This document shows, one piece after another, positions 8,692 to 18,726 of a DNA stretch of 64,000 nt. Every line of letters starts with the position of its first letter. The first letter of the stretch is position 1. A program made the position numbers and the translations under genes. Below the pieces are notes generated by a model. That model searched no databases. It saw only the letters and a program-made list of their open reading frames with translations, and was not told the origin of the DNA. Origin of the DNA: a virus; the IMG/VR virus record IMGVR_UViG_3300032893_000735, positions 32,001 through 96,000 of that record. One strand, 5' to 3'.

Positions 8692-10779
8692 TTATCCCCA
8701 CATGCCAGCCCCGAGCACGTTTTGCATACCGTTCGGGGTGTAGCTTGATGCTTCGGGTTCAGGTTGGAACATATCCATCGGACTTGGTTCTGGTTCTGGG
8801 TACAGCGGAACCATCAACCCGTTTTCGTCTAGGGTATAGGCTGGTCCTAGCTTAGAATCGTAGTCCTCTTCGAATACTTCATGCCAGCCGAGACGGTCGA
8901 TACAAGAGAACATGTCACGGTTGTTTTCGATTAGGGCGATTGTGGCGGGCGGGGAGAATTTTCCGGCTTGGTATCCAAGATTGTCAGGTATGTCATCATG
9001 ATTATGATCGAACATACATTTTTCAAATTCGTTGTAGACAATCTCTATCTTGTTGAGCGGCGGAGGATTGTTCTCCATACAGAAATTAGCAAACTTGAAT
9101 CTTCCCTCTGAAATCCATGGATGCAGACTGCCCATTCGAAGTTTCTTGGCGTCTTTCTGCTGGTCTGGGGTGAACCAGTCGATTCCTCGAATAAGTTCTA
9201 TCAGCCAAGGATCTCCAGTTCTAACCGCAGCTTGCTCCAGAGAATCTCTTAGGTATGTAGCACCTTGGGCATTCTCAATAGCAACCACGAACGGATGTTC
9301 TTCCTGAGCTAACTTGATTATGTTCTGGACGATCTGGTGGGGCAGCATCCGATCTCTTACGATGCGGCGGACATAAGCGACGGTCTGCTTTTTATCTGTC
9401 CGTTTTCCGGACTCGTCTATAATTGGTTCTTCGCCCCAGATTACGGATGTTCCTACCGTGTAATCTCTGCCCTTCTTTTGGCTAGAAGCTAGATCCCAAA
9501 CCTGCGAGCACGGACCTTCCCGTGGAAGTTGAGAGTAAGGGACAGTGGCACGGAGAAGCATAGCCCTGTCGAACCCAACTTGACTTGCGTTTCGTGGGTT
9601 CTGGTTGCGTTGGCCTTCGAAAGACTTTTCGTCCTTAGTGAGGTCGCCCATGCACCAAGAGAAAGACATTAGGTGCGGCAGGAGTAAGGTGCATCCTTCC
9701 TCGCCAGCTTCCTGGTAGGTGACGGGACGGCCTTCTCGCTCCAACTTCTCTCGGACTTCCGGCTTGATCTGGATCGCCCGACCGATCAGGATGTTGGTGT
9801 TGGTGGTTTTGTTCTCGTAGAACTCCCAGCCTTGACCGGTTGTTGTGGTGATGTCGCCTACGTTTTTGTCGAGTAGGACACCGTAGTGGTCTTCGTCGGC
9901 ATACCTAGTCCCGATCAGGTCGATATATGAGCCCCCGAGCGCCAGTAGCTTTTCTGACAAGAAGAGGTGGTTAGATACCTTCTCGCAAAGCAGGGTAGTC
10001 TCCGAGTTGGTATCGGACACCGCGTCATCAGCTTTGATTAATTCGTAACGCCATCCTGCCTTACTCTTGCCGACAGATGAAGCGTAAACAGTAGGTTCTT
10101 TTCGACCAGTTTTCTTTGCCGCGTAAACTGGACAAGTAAACTCGTTCGCTGCGCCTGCCTTACCTTCCTCCACACAAAAGCTGGGCCAGAAGACGTTCAT
10201 CCATGTGGGGTCTTCCTTGATGTAGAAGTGGCCGCGAATCTCGTTTAAAAAACCCTCTGCGAGACTCTTTTCTGCGGTGAGGTACAGAATTCTAATATTC
10301 GGAAAGCAAAGAATCCAATTTACAGTATCTATATGGTCGAAACTTGATTTTGCCGCGCCGCGAGGGTACAGAAGAAGTCTAGTCTTGACATCGCTTTGTT
10401 TATTTATCGGCTTCGTAGGATCTTTCTTAATAAACAACTTAGTGAAAGGCCCGTAATACTCGTCACAGAAAATGTTCTCTTCGATTGGACGCGTTCCGTT
10501 GTCGGAGGCTGGGTTCGTCATCCAGCAGAAGAATTGAGCCAGCCACATCAAATCAGTTTGGCAACGGTGCCGAACTTCTTTGCCAAGTCGAGTGTTTGGT
10601 ATATGATCGGTGCCAAGTTGCATCATGTTTAGCAAATCTTGGCGGATACTAACTAGAAAGTCATACAAGGCCCTGTTGGGAATTTTCTCGGCATCTTTGT
10701 AGAACTCGTCGGGGGAATCCTCCAAAAGAGAAGGATTCCCTCCATACTCAATTATCAATTCATCAAAATTCGACGCCAA
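8692..10779 (-). CDS. terL: Terminase large subunit
   Basis: Walker A variant LLLYPRGAAKSS, Walker B LIKADD, IGTRY, nuclease motifs WDLASS...DYTV and HDDIPD. Confidence 0.85.
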   Translation of the reverse strand: MASNFDELIIEYGGNPSLLEDSPDEFYKDAEKIPNRALYDFLVSIRQDLLNMMQLGTDHIPNTRLGKEVRHRCQTDLMWLAQFFCWMTNPASDNGTRPIEENIFCDEYYGPFTKLFIKKDPTKPINKQSDVKTRLLLYPRGAAKSSFDHIDTVNWILCFPNIRILYLTAEKSLAEGFLNEIRGHFYIKEDPTWMNVFWPSFCVEEGKAGAANEFTCPVYAAKKTGRKEPTVYASSVGKSKAGWRYELIKADDAVSDTNSETTLLCEKVSNHLFLSEKLLALGGSYIDLIGTRYADEDHYGVLLDKNVGDITTTTGQGWEFYENKTTNTNILIGRAIQIKPEVREKLEREGRPVTYQEAGEEGCTLLLPHLMSFSWCMGDLTKDEKSFEGQRNQNPRNASQVGFDRAMLLRATVPYSQLPREGPCSQVWDLASSQKKGRDYTVGTSVIWGEEPIIDESGKRTDKKQTVAYVRRIVRDRMLPHQIVQNIIKLAQEEHPFVVAIENAQGATYLRDSLEQAAVRTGDPWLIELIRGIDWFTPDQQKDAKKLRMGSLHPWISEGRFKFANFCMENNPPPLNKIEIVYNEFEKCMFDHNHDDIPDNLGYQAGKFSPPATIALIENNRDMFSCIDRLGWHEVFEEDYDSKLGPAYTLDENGLMVPLYPEPEPSPMDMFQPEPEASSYTPNGMQNVLGAGMWG

Positions 10780-10976
10780 GATATATCCTCTAATCTATAA
10801 CTCTATTATACCACACTCTGTCAAGTTACTTCTTCTTTGTGGCCTTCTTTGCCTGTTTAGCGGTCATGACTTTTTCGCCCTTTTCAACCTTAGCCATTCC
10901 GCCCTTCTTGACTTTGCCGCCCTTCTTATATGTAGAGGGAGACGCCATACTGCCCGTCTGTTTCATTCCAGTCATA

Positions 10977-11162
10977 TTACCTTCCTTTTGATTTCTTTTT
11001 CTTGCTCACCCCGGCTTCACTGAGGGCGATTGCGATCCCTTGTTTAGGGTTGGTTACTTTCTGGCCAGAGCTAGACTTCAGCTTTCCCGACTTAAACTCG
11101 TGCATCACATCCGATACCGCTTTACGCTTACCGGCTTTGGTGGTTGGTTTTCTTGCTGGCAT
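10977..11162 (-). CDS. Small basic protein, DUF6496-like
   Basis: VMHEFKSGKLKSSSGQKVTNPKQGIAIALSEAG; start moved to ATG at 11162. Confidence 0.7.
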   Translation of the reverse strand: MPARKPTTKAGKRKAVSDVMHEFKSGKLKSSSGQKVTNPKQGIAIALSEAGVSKKKKSKGR

Positions 11163-11247
11163 ATTTCGTCCATTTTCTGGATTGCTTCGTCCTGTTCTCT
11201 CAGTTGATCTGGCTAGGCCGGGTATCGTCGTGCTCACAGCGTCAGCG

Positions 11248-13755
11248 CTACTGGAAGCAGCGCACATTGTACGTTTTTGCTGTAGGCGTGGCGCTTGTTC
11301 CGCCGTAATTCCAAACGAGCACTGCCACTGTGTTTGTGCCGTTTCCATAAGCCTGAACGACGAATGGATAGCCAGGGCCGGCGGATCCATCTGTGGCGGT
11401 CGCAACACAATTCATGCCGGACGTTGCTCCAGTCACTGTGACAGCCGCGCTGGTATTGCTACCCGATGGAACGCTCGATCCGCCGATGCTTGAGCTGGTC
11501 CCCGTAAGAGGGGCGATGTAGTTATTCACGGCCACCCACGAGGATCCGTTGTAAATCCATCCGTAGGTTGTTCCCGCGCTCAAAGCGTCGCGAACAAAGT
11601 CGCCCTGTTGGTATCCGGTTCCCGAACTCGGAATAGATTGCCTAGTCTCAGTGCTGGAGAAAAAGACGCCTGTTCCTCCGCTCACGGTTTGCGCATAGGT
11701 ACGACCGGATATTGGATCAAAAATCGAGGACCCATGCGGAGGATAATTTGGCGATGACATGCTGAGCGTAATCGGGTTGGAGTAGCTGAAATTCGGAACC
11801 TTAACGCTAAAGAACGGCGAGGATGTGGAGAAAACAACATACGGGGTCAAAGATGAAGGGCTTCCCGTATAGCTAATATCATCACCATTGAATCGAAGGC
11901 CGCTCCCTGCGTTGTCTCCACTTGCTCCAAGAAAATATGTTCCATAAACCATCGTCGGCGTCGTTTGTGTGTCCGAAATTACGTTGTTCTCTGCTACCGA
12001 ACCAGACCATGCTGTCACGGTGCTGATCGTAATTCCAGACTGCCAAAGGGAAAAACAAAAGCTGGACGCGCTTCCGTTTCGCTGGCCGGGATTATGAATA
12101 TGGTTCCCCGAGATATCCAAATCAGTGACCGTCGAGAGTGGCTGAATCGTGATGCCTGAACACAGTGGGCTTTCGATGGTGTTTCCGATAATAGACACGT
12201 TCGCCAGCGGGGTCGCATTCGATCCCGACAGAGCGATGCCCGCAGAAAAGCTATTGGTCGCCAGCGTGTCTGCGACGAATCGAATGTTGTTGTTCTCGAT
12301 GTGGACATTCGTCAAACCGTAGGTGCTTGCCGGAAAGAGAGCAACTCCCGATTCGTCATTGGAAACCGACCAGGGATTGGCACCTCGGTTCACGCTGATG
12401 ATGTTTCCGGTTATGTTCAACCCGTCATAACTCCCGTCCGTAGCCCAGATCGAAACTCCTCGATTCACATTCGAGCAGGTGTTTCCGATCACATTGAGGT
12501 CATGAACGACGGATTCATTTGCACTCGTGGCAACGCATGCCCTGTAGTTTTGGATAACATTGCCGCTGACGATCTTCGAATCCTGGTGCACCTCGATTGC
12601 GGTTCGCACCCCAATTCCCGCGGCTTGAAACGTGTTTCCCTCCACGATCCCGCCTGTCCCCGTCAGATAAATCTCCGAGGAGTCATGGTCGTAGGTTCCA
12701 CCGATCCCCATGTTGGACCAATGATTGTTGATGATCGAACAGTTATTGCACAAGTTGAGCGAAACCGTCTGAACGTCGTTCCCATTGATGAACTTTACGT
12801 TTTGAACCGTGACATTATGCGCCGTCCCGCCATTTATCTGAAAGGCGATGTGCTCATTTGCGCCGATTGGGTTGCTGTTCACTGCGTTGTTCGCGGCGTT
12901 CCCATCGATGGTCAGGTTTTCGATGGTCACGTTTGCGGGCGAACCGCTGAAATCGAACAACGCCCGATAGTTGCCGAGTGAATTTCCAATCTTGATTGTT
13001 CCGCTTCCGGTGAAGCCGATATTGTTGTAAGGGATCGTGTAAATATAGCCGCCCGGTGAGGGATTTGAGCCGATGACACACACAGTGGAATCGGGTATGT
13101 AAATTCGCACCGGGACAGTATAGGCTCCCCCCGCCGTGATCGCTGCCCCAATCGCCGCGCGGTCGTCCGTTGAGCCGTCGCACTTCGCTCCATAAGCCGC
13201 GTTGCGAATGTCGATTACCGGCGTCACGGCAGAGATCGCATTCGCAGCCGCGACGGTACTAAAGTTGGCAGGTCCAGGAGTTCCCGTCTGCCCGATGCTG
13301 GAGGGGTTAATCGCGTTTCCATCTACGACGGCGGTAGCCGCGCCTTGAGCATTATTCTGCCCAGTCCCGCCTAAAGGAATCGAAATAGGGTAAGACGGGG
13401 CGGTTGAAGAATTGGCGCAAACATTCGGAATGACCTGGGACCCTTGCCCAGGCGCGGATATAGTCTCAGTTACACAATAGTTCAGAGGGATATAGTACCC
13501 GTAGTTCCCGTTCGAGTCAGTTGTCACTGAGCTAGAGGCGATAGGAACAGACAAAGCTGGGTCAGAATAAATAGTCGCCCCAGACCCCGTACCCGTAACC
13601 GTAACCCTAACCGTAGCATAAGGAGCCACCTGAGCGGTGATAGTATTCGTCCCGCGCATCAGGACTTGGTTAGTCCGATGGTAACCTCCTGTCGCTTGCT
13701 GGGCCAGTCCGAAAAATGGACAAAGTAAAATAAGTAGTAGTAAAAGTTTCTTCAC
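11248..13755 (-). CDS. Tailspike-like right-handed beta-helix (pectin-lyase fold) protein with a signal-peptide-like N-terminus
   Basis: YGAKCDGSTDDRAAI motif and I-x-x-N repeats; probable GTG start at 13755 after an AGAGGG RBS (frame is open to 13953). Confidence 0.75.
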   Translation of the reverse strand: MKKLLLLLILLCPFFGLAQQATGGYHRTNQVLMRGTNTITAQVAPYATVRVTVTGTGSGATIYSDPALSVPIASSSVTTDSNGNYGYYIPLNYCVTETISAPGQGSQVIPNVCANSSTAPSYPISIPLGGTGQNNAQGAATAVVDGNAINPSSIGQTGTPGPANFSTVAAANAISAVTPVIDIRNAAYGAKCDGSTDDRAAIGAAITAGGAYTVPVRIYIPDSTVCVIGSNPSPGGYIYTIPYNNIGFTGSGTIKIGNSLGNYRALFDFSGSPANVTIENLTIDGNAANNAVNSNPIGANEHIAFQINGGTAHNVTVQNVKFINGNDVQTVSLNLCNNCSIINNHWSNMGIGGTYDHDSSEIYLTGTGGIVEGNTFQAAGIGVRTAIEVHQDSKIVSGNVIQNYRACVATSANESVVHDLNVIGNTCSNVNRGVSIWATDGSYDGLNITGNIISVNRGANPWSVSNDESGVALFPASTYGLTNVHIENNNIRFVADTLATNSFSAGIALSGSNATPLANVSIIGNTIESPLCSGITIQPLSTVTDLDISGNHIHNPGQRNGSASSFCFSLWQSGITISTVTAWSGSVAENNVISDTQTTPTMVYGTYFLGASGDNAGSGLRFNGDDISYTGSPSSLTPYVVFSTSSPFFSVKVPNFSYSNPITLSMSSPNYPPHGSSIFDPISGRTYAQTVSGGTGVFFSSTETRQSIPSSGTGYQQGDFVRDALSAGTTYGWIYNGSSWVAVNNYIAPLTGTSSSIGGSSVPSGSNTSAAVTVTGATSGMNCVATATDGSAGPGYPFVVQAYGNGTNTVAVLVWNYGGTSATPTAKTYNVRCFQ

Positions 13756-13965
13756 AATCCCTCTGTCTAGTTCCGGAGTTACTTGTTCTGTGGACAAATC
13801 TCGGAGGATAATCTCCGCCAGTCTCGCTTCGTTCTCATGTTCAGCAGCTATTGCTTTGTACCCATTGTGTCGAGCCATCCCAGCTTCCCGTATTGATTTC
13901 TGGCGATGGCCCGAAACGAACAACCTGACTCGCTCCAAAACTTCGAACGTCATGCGGCCTCTAAT

Positions 13966-14685
13966 CTAGTGAGTATTATGGTAGAGTTCAGATCCCCATA
14001 CGGCAGGTTCTATAAGCCGAGTTCCCATGCTAACTCCGTTCCAGGTTTTCTTCAGGGCACAGATAGTTCCTGAACAAGGGGCTGGGAACAGATAAGAATG
14101 GAACTTGGTTTGGAAATCCCCAGTGGTCTTCCCGAGATTATATGTAACGGTATTAGTGTTGTGTAGGGTTTGGGTTATGTCAGGCGAGGAGACTAATTTA
14201 TCGAAATCGTATATGGACTTGTGTAGCATGTCCAGGTTGTCGTCTAATCTATTTTCAGTTTGAGGCAGGTTAACCAGAGCCCGGTGGGCATCCCCGCCGA
14301 TAGTATTCATCTGGGTTTGGGTATCTTGGATCAGGCCAGTTGCGGTTTGAATGGTGCTTCGAAGGTCAACTACTCCGCCGTTCAGGTTGTCGAACAAAAC
14401 TTGGCCGTGACCGTCCCAAGTAGACATCTGCTGCTGTTCGTGTCGTGCGACCAAATCGGTATGGACGACCAAAGACCGAGACTCATTAATCAGTTTGTCC
14501 GCGAGAACAATCGTCTCGTCGGCCTTGCTGATCGTCGTGTCCATTTTCTGGACGACAGGCGCGGCTTCGGATACGATAGCCTTGGACCGCTGTCCGACTC
14601 CACCCCACTCCCAAGTGGCCCAGGTAGCCATCGCTACCAAGGCCAGCAAGAAGATTCCAATCGAATTTAAGATATATTTGTTCAT
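13966..14685 (-). CDS. Membrane-anchored coiled-coil protein (possibly spanin-like)
   Basis: N-terminal hydrophobic helix followed by a long helical region. Confidence 0.35.
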   Translation of the reverse strand: MNKYILNSIGIFLLALVAMATWATWEWGGVGQRSKAIVSEAAPVVQKMDTTISKADETIVLADKLINESRSLVVHTDLVARHEQQQMSTWDGHGQVLFDNLNGGVVDLRSTIQTATGLIQDTQTQMNTIGGDAHRALVNLPQTENRLDDNLDMLHKSIYDFDKLVSSPDITQTLHNTNTVTYNLGKTTGDFQTKFHSYLFPAPCSGTICALKKTWNGVSMGTRLIEPAVWGSELYHNTH

Positions 14686-15023
14686 TACTTCTTAATGAGA
14701 GCCGTATACTGCGGGATGTCCTTAATCAAGGCTTCGACGGCCTGAATAACATTGATATCGAATCCAGTATTTTGCAGTTTGGCGGACGCAGCCGAGTCCC
14801 CAGCGTGCATAATAGCAGCTACATCGCCGAGAATAGCATACGCCAGTTTCTCAATAGGAAGTGCAATCGCACCATACGTAGGCACGGCTGCGGTCACTGC
14901 TTCAACCGTAGACTCAGTGGCCTGAACTTTCTGGATACCAGCCTCGACCTTGGGTTCGTCAGCCTTAACCTTCTCGAAAACTGTTGCGAAAAAATGTCCT
15001 ACTGTTTTAAACGGATTAGTCAC
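14685..15023 (-). CDS. Hypothetical protein
   Basis: ORF with GGAG RBS. Confidence 0.55.
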   Translation of the reverse strand: MTNPFKTVGHFFATVFEKVKADEPKVEAGIQKVQATESTVEAVTAAVPTYGAIALPIEKLAYAILGDVAAIMHAGDSAASAKLQNTGFDINVIQAVEALIKDIPQYTALIKK

Positions 15024-15037
15024 TTGTATCTCCTCTG

Positions 15038-15262
15038 TTACTTTTGTGTAGGGTCCGCTGTAGTCTGGACCTCGTTAGATTTGTTCCCGATAGCTTTGCC
15101 TGTCAATAGCCCGATGCCCGCTCCGATTACTCCAGAGGCGGTTTCCTGCCCGAGACCAAACTGCTTGGACATAAGAGAGAAGGCAATCCCGATAATCAGA
15201 ACGGTAATCGCCACCCAGGCGGTGTCCATCGTATTTAGAGCGTTAATTATTTTCTGTAGCAT
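15038..15262 (-). CDS. Holin-like small membrane protein
   Basis: 74 aa, two hydrophobic segments, charged tail. Confidence 0.45.
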   Translation of the reverse strand: MLQKIINALNTMDTAWVAITVLIIGIAFSLMSKQFGLGQETASGVIGAGIGLLTGKAIGNKSNEVQTTADPTQK

Positions 15263-15271
15263 TTGTTTTCC

Positions 15272-15592
15272 TTACATTCCAGGAGCAGCCGTCGGAGTCG
15301 CGGGGGCAGATTGAGGCACGGCGGCTGCGGCGGGAGGACCGGCTGGAGCGGCTTGTGCGGATTGGTCGGGAACATTCTGGTCTATATGAGCCAAAAGAGC
15401 TGCCTTATCTGGTAGAACATGTTCCTCATCTTCAGGAGTAGTACCGTCGTCAGCAGGGGCGAACTTGTGGCGGACAATGTGCCCGCCTGACTTGCCATGC
15501 CTAATGTGGATCTCGTGTGGGTGCTTACCCTTGCTGGACGACTTCTTACCCCCGCCCATTCCCGCCTTGCTGCGGCTTGATTCGTTCTTCAT
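15272..15592 (-). CDS. Small His/Lys-rich hypothetical protein
   Basis: ORF track. Confidence 0.55.
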   Translation of the reverse strand: MKNESSRSKAGMGGGKKSSSKGKHPHEIHIRHGKSGGHIVRHKFAPADDGTTPEDEEHVLPDKAALLAHIDQNVPDQSAQAAPAGPPAAAAVPQSAPATPTAAPGM

Positions 15593-15622
15593 TGGTTATC
15601 CTTTGTCCAGAAAATGGACGGG

Positions 15623-15814
15623 TTACTTGATGGCCTTCTTCAGCATGTTTTTCGCAGATTCCGGAGTCGATCCCTTAACTTTGATCTTGATCTTCGTCTC
15701 CCCGAGTTTCTTGGCCTGCTTCTTATCCGACTTAGCATCGGCCTTCATGATCTTCTTTTCCAACTTCTTGTCAGACTTCGCGTCTTTCTTTGCTGCCTTC
15801 ATATCTTTTGCCAT
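15623..15814 (-). CDS. Lys-rich basic protein (possible DNA-binding/core protein)
   Basis: Composition; RBS AAAGGA. Confidence 0.5.
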   Translation of the reverse strand: MAKDMKAAKKDAKSDKKLEKKIMKADAKSDKKQAKKLGETKIKIKVKGSTPESAKNMLKKAIK

Positions 15815-15832
15815 GATAAAATCCTTTGATAG

Positions 15833-16927
15833 TTAGTTACATGTTGAGCAATTCGGCCAAGTTCCGGAAGTACAATCCCCGAGTTGACCCGATGTTTTCC
15901 AACATACTCCGTGTCCAGCCGTGGGTGTTCCAGAGATCCCTGGGACTCCTAAATTCGTCCTCGCACCTGCCGCCGTAGTTGCTCCTGTGCCGCCGTTGTA
16001 AACTGCCGCAGATGTATTGACATTGGAACCTGACACATTAGGGGTGATCGAATCGGGCGAGATGTACGTGTAAGCGGCCCCCGCCGAGAGACCGTAGTTC
16101 ATATCCACGCCATTCAGAAGGTTTGGCGTGCCCGCTGTGTTCGTGTTCGTGAAGGCCACGTTTGCTGTGCCTCCGCCATTCGTCAACAAAGCTCCGGATA
16201 TAATCATCTGGCCGCTTTGATTCGTAAGGTTAGCCGTTGCCGATGCCGTGCTCAGTTCGGTGTTGATAAATACAGCCACGGAGCTAGCACCGTTCTGCGT
16301 GACAAGCGCCGTACCGGTTAGCCCGTTGAAATACGGCTGTCCTCCGGTGATCGTAATCGTGCCCGCTGCTTGAACGCTGATGAACTGCGGCGATCCTCCC
16401 TGGATCGTAAGATTCGTGTTCAGAGCCCCGCCAATCCTCGCCGATTGAACCGCACCGGTGTAGGCGTAAGTAACATTCGTGGCCGTGGTGGTGAAGTTGA
16501 ATAGCGTTGTCGGGCCATTTAGCGTGATGTTCCCTGTTACCGTTACCGCGCACCCATTCCCGTTGATCGTGGCCGCATAAGCAGGAAATGAAATGTTTCC
16601 CGTATACGTGTACGGAGTAGACGTGGGAGTGCAATTTATCACGAATGGTTCTGTCAGTGCCGATACGGCAGGAAGGAGAGTTGTCAGTGACTTGAACGGA
16701 TAGGAGATCGATCCATTTTCAGTGTAACTATCTGCCCTCGTGCCGTCAAGATAAAATGTCGCTACCGGAGTCGTACCAGTCCCTATTCCAGCTCCGTATA
16801 TAACACCACCCACATAAACATTCCCGACAACTCCGAGATTTGTGTATGGATAGTTCGTTGTCTGTCCGAATAATGGACTAGCCGCGAGAATCAGCAAGAA
16901 AAGAATAGATGCGAGAGTCTTTTTCAT
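15833..16927 (-). CDS. Fibre/adhesin-like beta-rich protein with a signal-peptide-like N-terminus
   Basis: MKKTLASILFLLILAASPLFG|Q; GGTGATTAAGARTNLG tail-fibre motif. Confidence 0.6.
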   Translation of the reverse strand: MKKTLASILFLLILAASPLFGQTTNYPYTNLGVVGNVYVGGVIYGAGIGTGTTPVATFYLDGTRADSYTENGSISYPFKSLTTLLPAVSALTEPFVINCTPTSTPYTYTGNISFPAYAATINGNGCAVTVTGNITLNGPTTLFNFTTTATNVTYAYTGAVQSARIGGALNTNLTIQGGSPQFISVQAAGTITITGGQPYFNGLTGTALVTQNGASSVAVFINTELSTASATANLTNQSGQMIISGALLTNGGGTANVAFTNTNTAGTPNLLNGVDMNYGLSAGAAYTYISPDSITPNVSGSNVNTSAAVYNGGTGATTAAGARTNLGVPGISGTPTAGHGVCWKTSGQLGDCTSGTWPNCSTCN

Positions 16928-16931
16928 TCCT

Positions 16932-17558
16932 CTACAGCCTCGTAATAGCGAATTCTGTTACGGTGACTGTGTTGCTTCCGCCACCTGAAAAAGTAAATGA
17001 TGGGATGAAGTTAAGGTCAGAGATAGACAAACCGGAAACACTAGCCGTGTTGCTGACGGCCACGACTGACCCGTTCATATACTGAGCAGCGGCTCCGAAA
17101 CTCAGGATCTTGGTTGTCGAGTCCCATAGGAATTGAGCCTTGAGCCAGAAGTTGATACTGGCTGACGACGTAATCCCAGAAGTTGCCGTACCTGTTACAA
17201 TATTTGTGCATCCAGTTCCCAAAGTTCCGATGGTATAGTTCTTAGAGTACGGACCTTCGGACCAAGTTGACTTCTTTGCGTTGTAAAGATTAACCAGACA
17301 GTTTGTAGTAGTGGCCCCCGAGATTGTACCCGCCATCTGGACCTCAAACGGGTGACCGTCGAAAACATCAGGAGAAACATCAGGCGGTACGCTGATAAAA
17401 AGTCCAACAGGGTAGGTAGTTGTAGACAGAGGGAACAATGGAGAAGGAAATCTAGAGTATACCCCGGATGCCGAAGGAGCGAGCAAAGGAGTCTCTGAAG
17501 TTCCCGAGACTACTTGCGTGTAGTTACGAATTCCGTAGGAGGTATCCGAGCGGCTCAT
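16932..17558 (-). CDS. Putative structural protein, paralog 1
   Basis: Aligns by eye with 18727..19359 (FPLSTTTYPVG, FDGHPFEV, DLNFIPSFTF). Confidence 0.55.
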   Translation of the reverse strand: MSRSDTSYGIRNYTQVVSGTSETPLLAPSASGVYSRFPSPLFPLSTTTYPVGLFISVPPDVSPDVFDGHPFEVQMAGTISGATTTNCLVNLYNAKKSTWSEGPYSKNYTIGTLGTGCTNIVTGTATSGITSSASINFWLKAQFLWDSTTKILSFGAAAQYMNGSVVAVSNTASVSGLSISDLNFIPSFTFSGGGSNTVTVTEFAITRL

Positions 17559-17586
17559 TTATCCTTCAATCTGTCCACAAAATGGA

Positions 17587-17943
17587 CTAAACAGAATACC
17601 AAATAAACAATCTTGTTCCGGTTGCTGTAAGTCCCGTAACCGCAAAATCACGCCAGTTTACCCTGCCCATAACAGCAGGTTCCGAGTCTACAATAAGTTC
17701 CGTGTTGGCGGGGGAAGCAGAAGGAACGACCAACGGAGGATACAAAGTTGAACTGTCAGAGGGGGCGGTGATAGTTACGGTACCTGCGGTAGACGCTCCG
17801 CCGGGACCGACGGCCAGAACGAGCTTGGATACTCGGATTCCACAACCCTGAGTACAGTTGGTCGAAGTCACCGCAGCGGCATTCCGAAATGTCGTTATAT
17901 CTGTATCTATCACAATCGGTGAAGTATTCAGAGAGTTCGCCAA
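17587..17943 (-). CDS. Putative structural protein
   Basis: Beta-rich ORF in the structural operon. Confidence 0.45.
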   Translation of the reverse strand: MANSLNTSPIVIDTDITTFRNAAAVTSTNCTQGCGIRVSKLVLAVGPGGASTAGTVTITAPSDSSTLYPPLVVPSASPANTELIVDSEPAVMGRVNWRDFAVTGLTATGTRLFIWYSV

Positions 17944-18216
17944 GGTGACTCCTTAGTCGTTTAATTTAAAGTGTTTACGAAGCAGAGTTTTGAGGCTGAA
18001 GACCTGGGCATCGAAGTGAACCTTGAGGTATGAGTCCGACACATCACGTGCGTCCATAACATCGCACAGGTATTTCTTTAGGTCAACTTCAATTTCTTTT
18101 ACCAGCAGGTGCCGATCAGCTCCCCAGATTACTACGAGAACGAATACTATAGCGCAGATAATTGCGATCATTTCGTCTCCTCTGGGGGCCTTTCGGCCCC
18201 CGTGGGTTTAGTGATA

Positions 18217-18702
18217 TTACACGAGTTCTAGTTTAAACTCAGTAATGGTTAGAGTAGAAGTCGGGTCCCCTCCGCTTCCTTTCGCTCCGCCAACACAAAA
18301 AACCAAATCGGACTGCGAGGGGATGGAGTATAGAGTAGTGTTGTTCCCTGACTGGATAACTTGTTGAGAAACAGAGTCCCATACCAGATTCACTTCAGAA
18401 ACAAAATTACTTACCAGCGAACCGCTCCCCGAAGTTGTCCCTAGAGCTACGCCGGGTAAGTTAACCAAGATAGGGGATGAAGTCGAGGTTCCCAAGTATA
18501 TAGTAGCGTTCGGGTTCGCTCCTCCAGAAGAAATTTCAACCCGACCAGTTACGATCAGTCTTAAAAGTTTTCCAGAAAGAAGAGGCGCAGAAGGGGCGGA
18601 CAATACAGCGGTTCCTCCCGAAGCCAGTTGTACCAAAGAAGTAGTTGTGGATGTCTCGGACAAAACTGACAGTTGAGAGGGCTCTATTTTTGCTAAGAAC
18701 AA
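18217..18702 (-). CDS. Putative structural protein, diverged paralog
   Basis: Shares the WDS..DL.F..T.TITEF pattern with its neighbours. Confidence 0.45.
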   Translation of the reverse strand: MFLAKIEPSQLSVLSETSTTTSLVQLASGGTAVLSAPSAPLLSGKLLRLIVTGRVEISSGGANPNATIYLGTSTSSPILVNLPGVALGTTSGSGSLVSNFVSEVNLVWDSVSQQVIQSGNNTTLYSIPSQSDLVFCVGGAKGSGGDPTSTLTITEFKLELV

Positions 18703-18726
18703 TTTTATCTCCTGTTTTGTGGTGAT

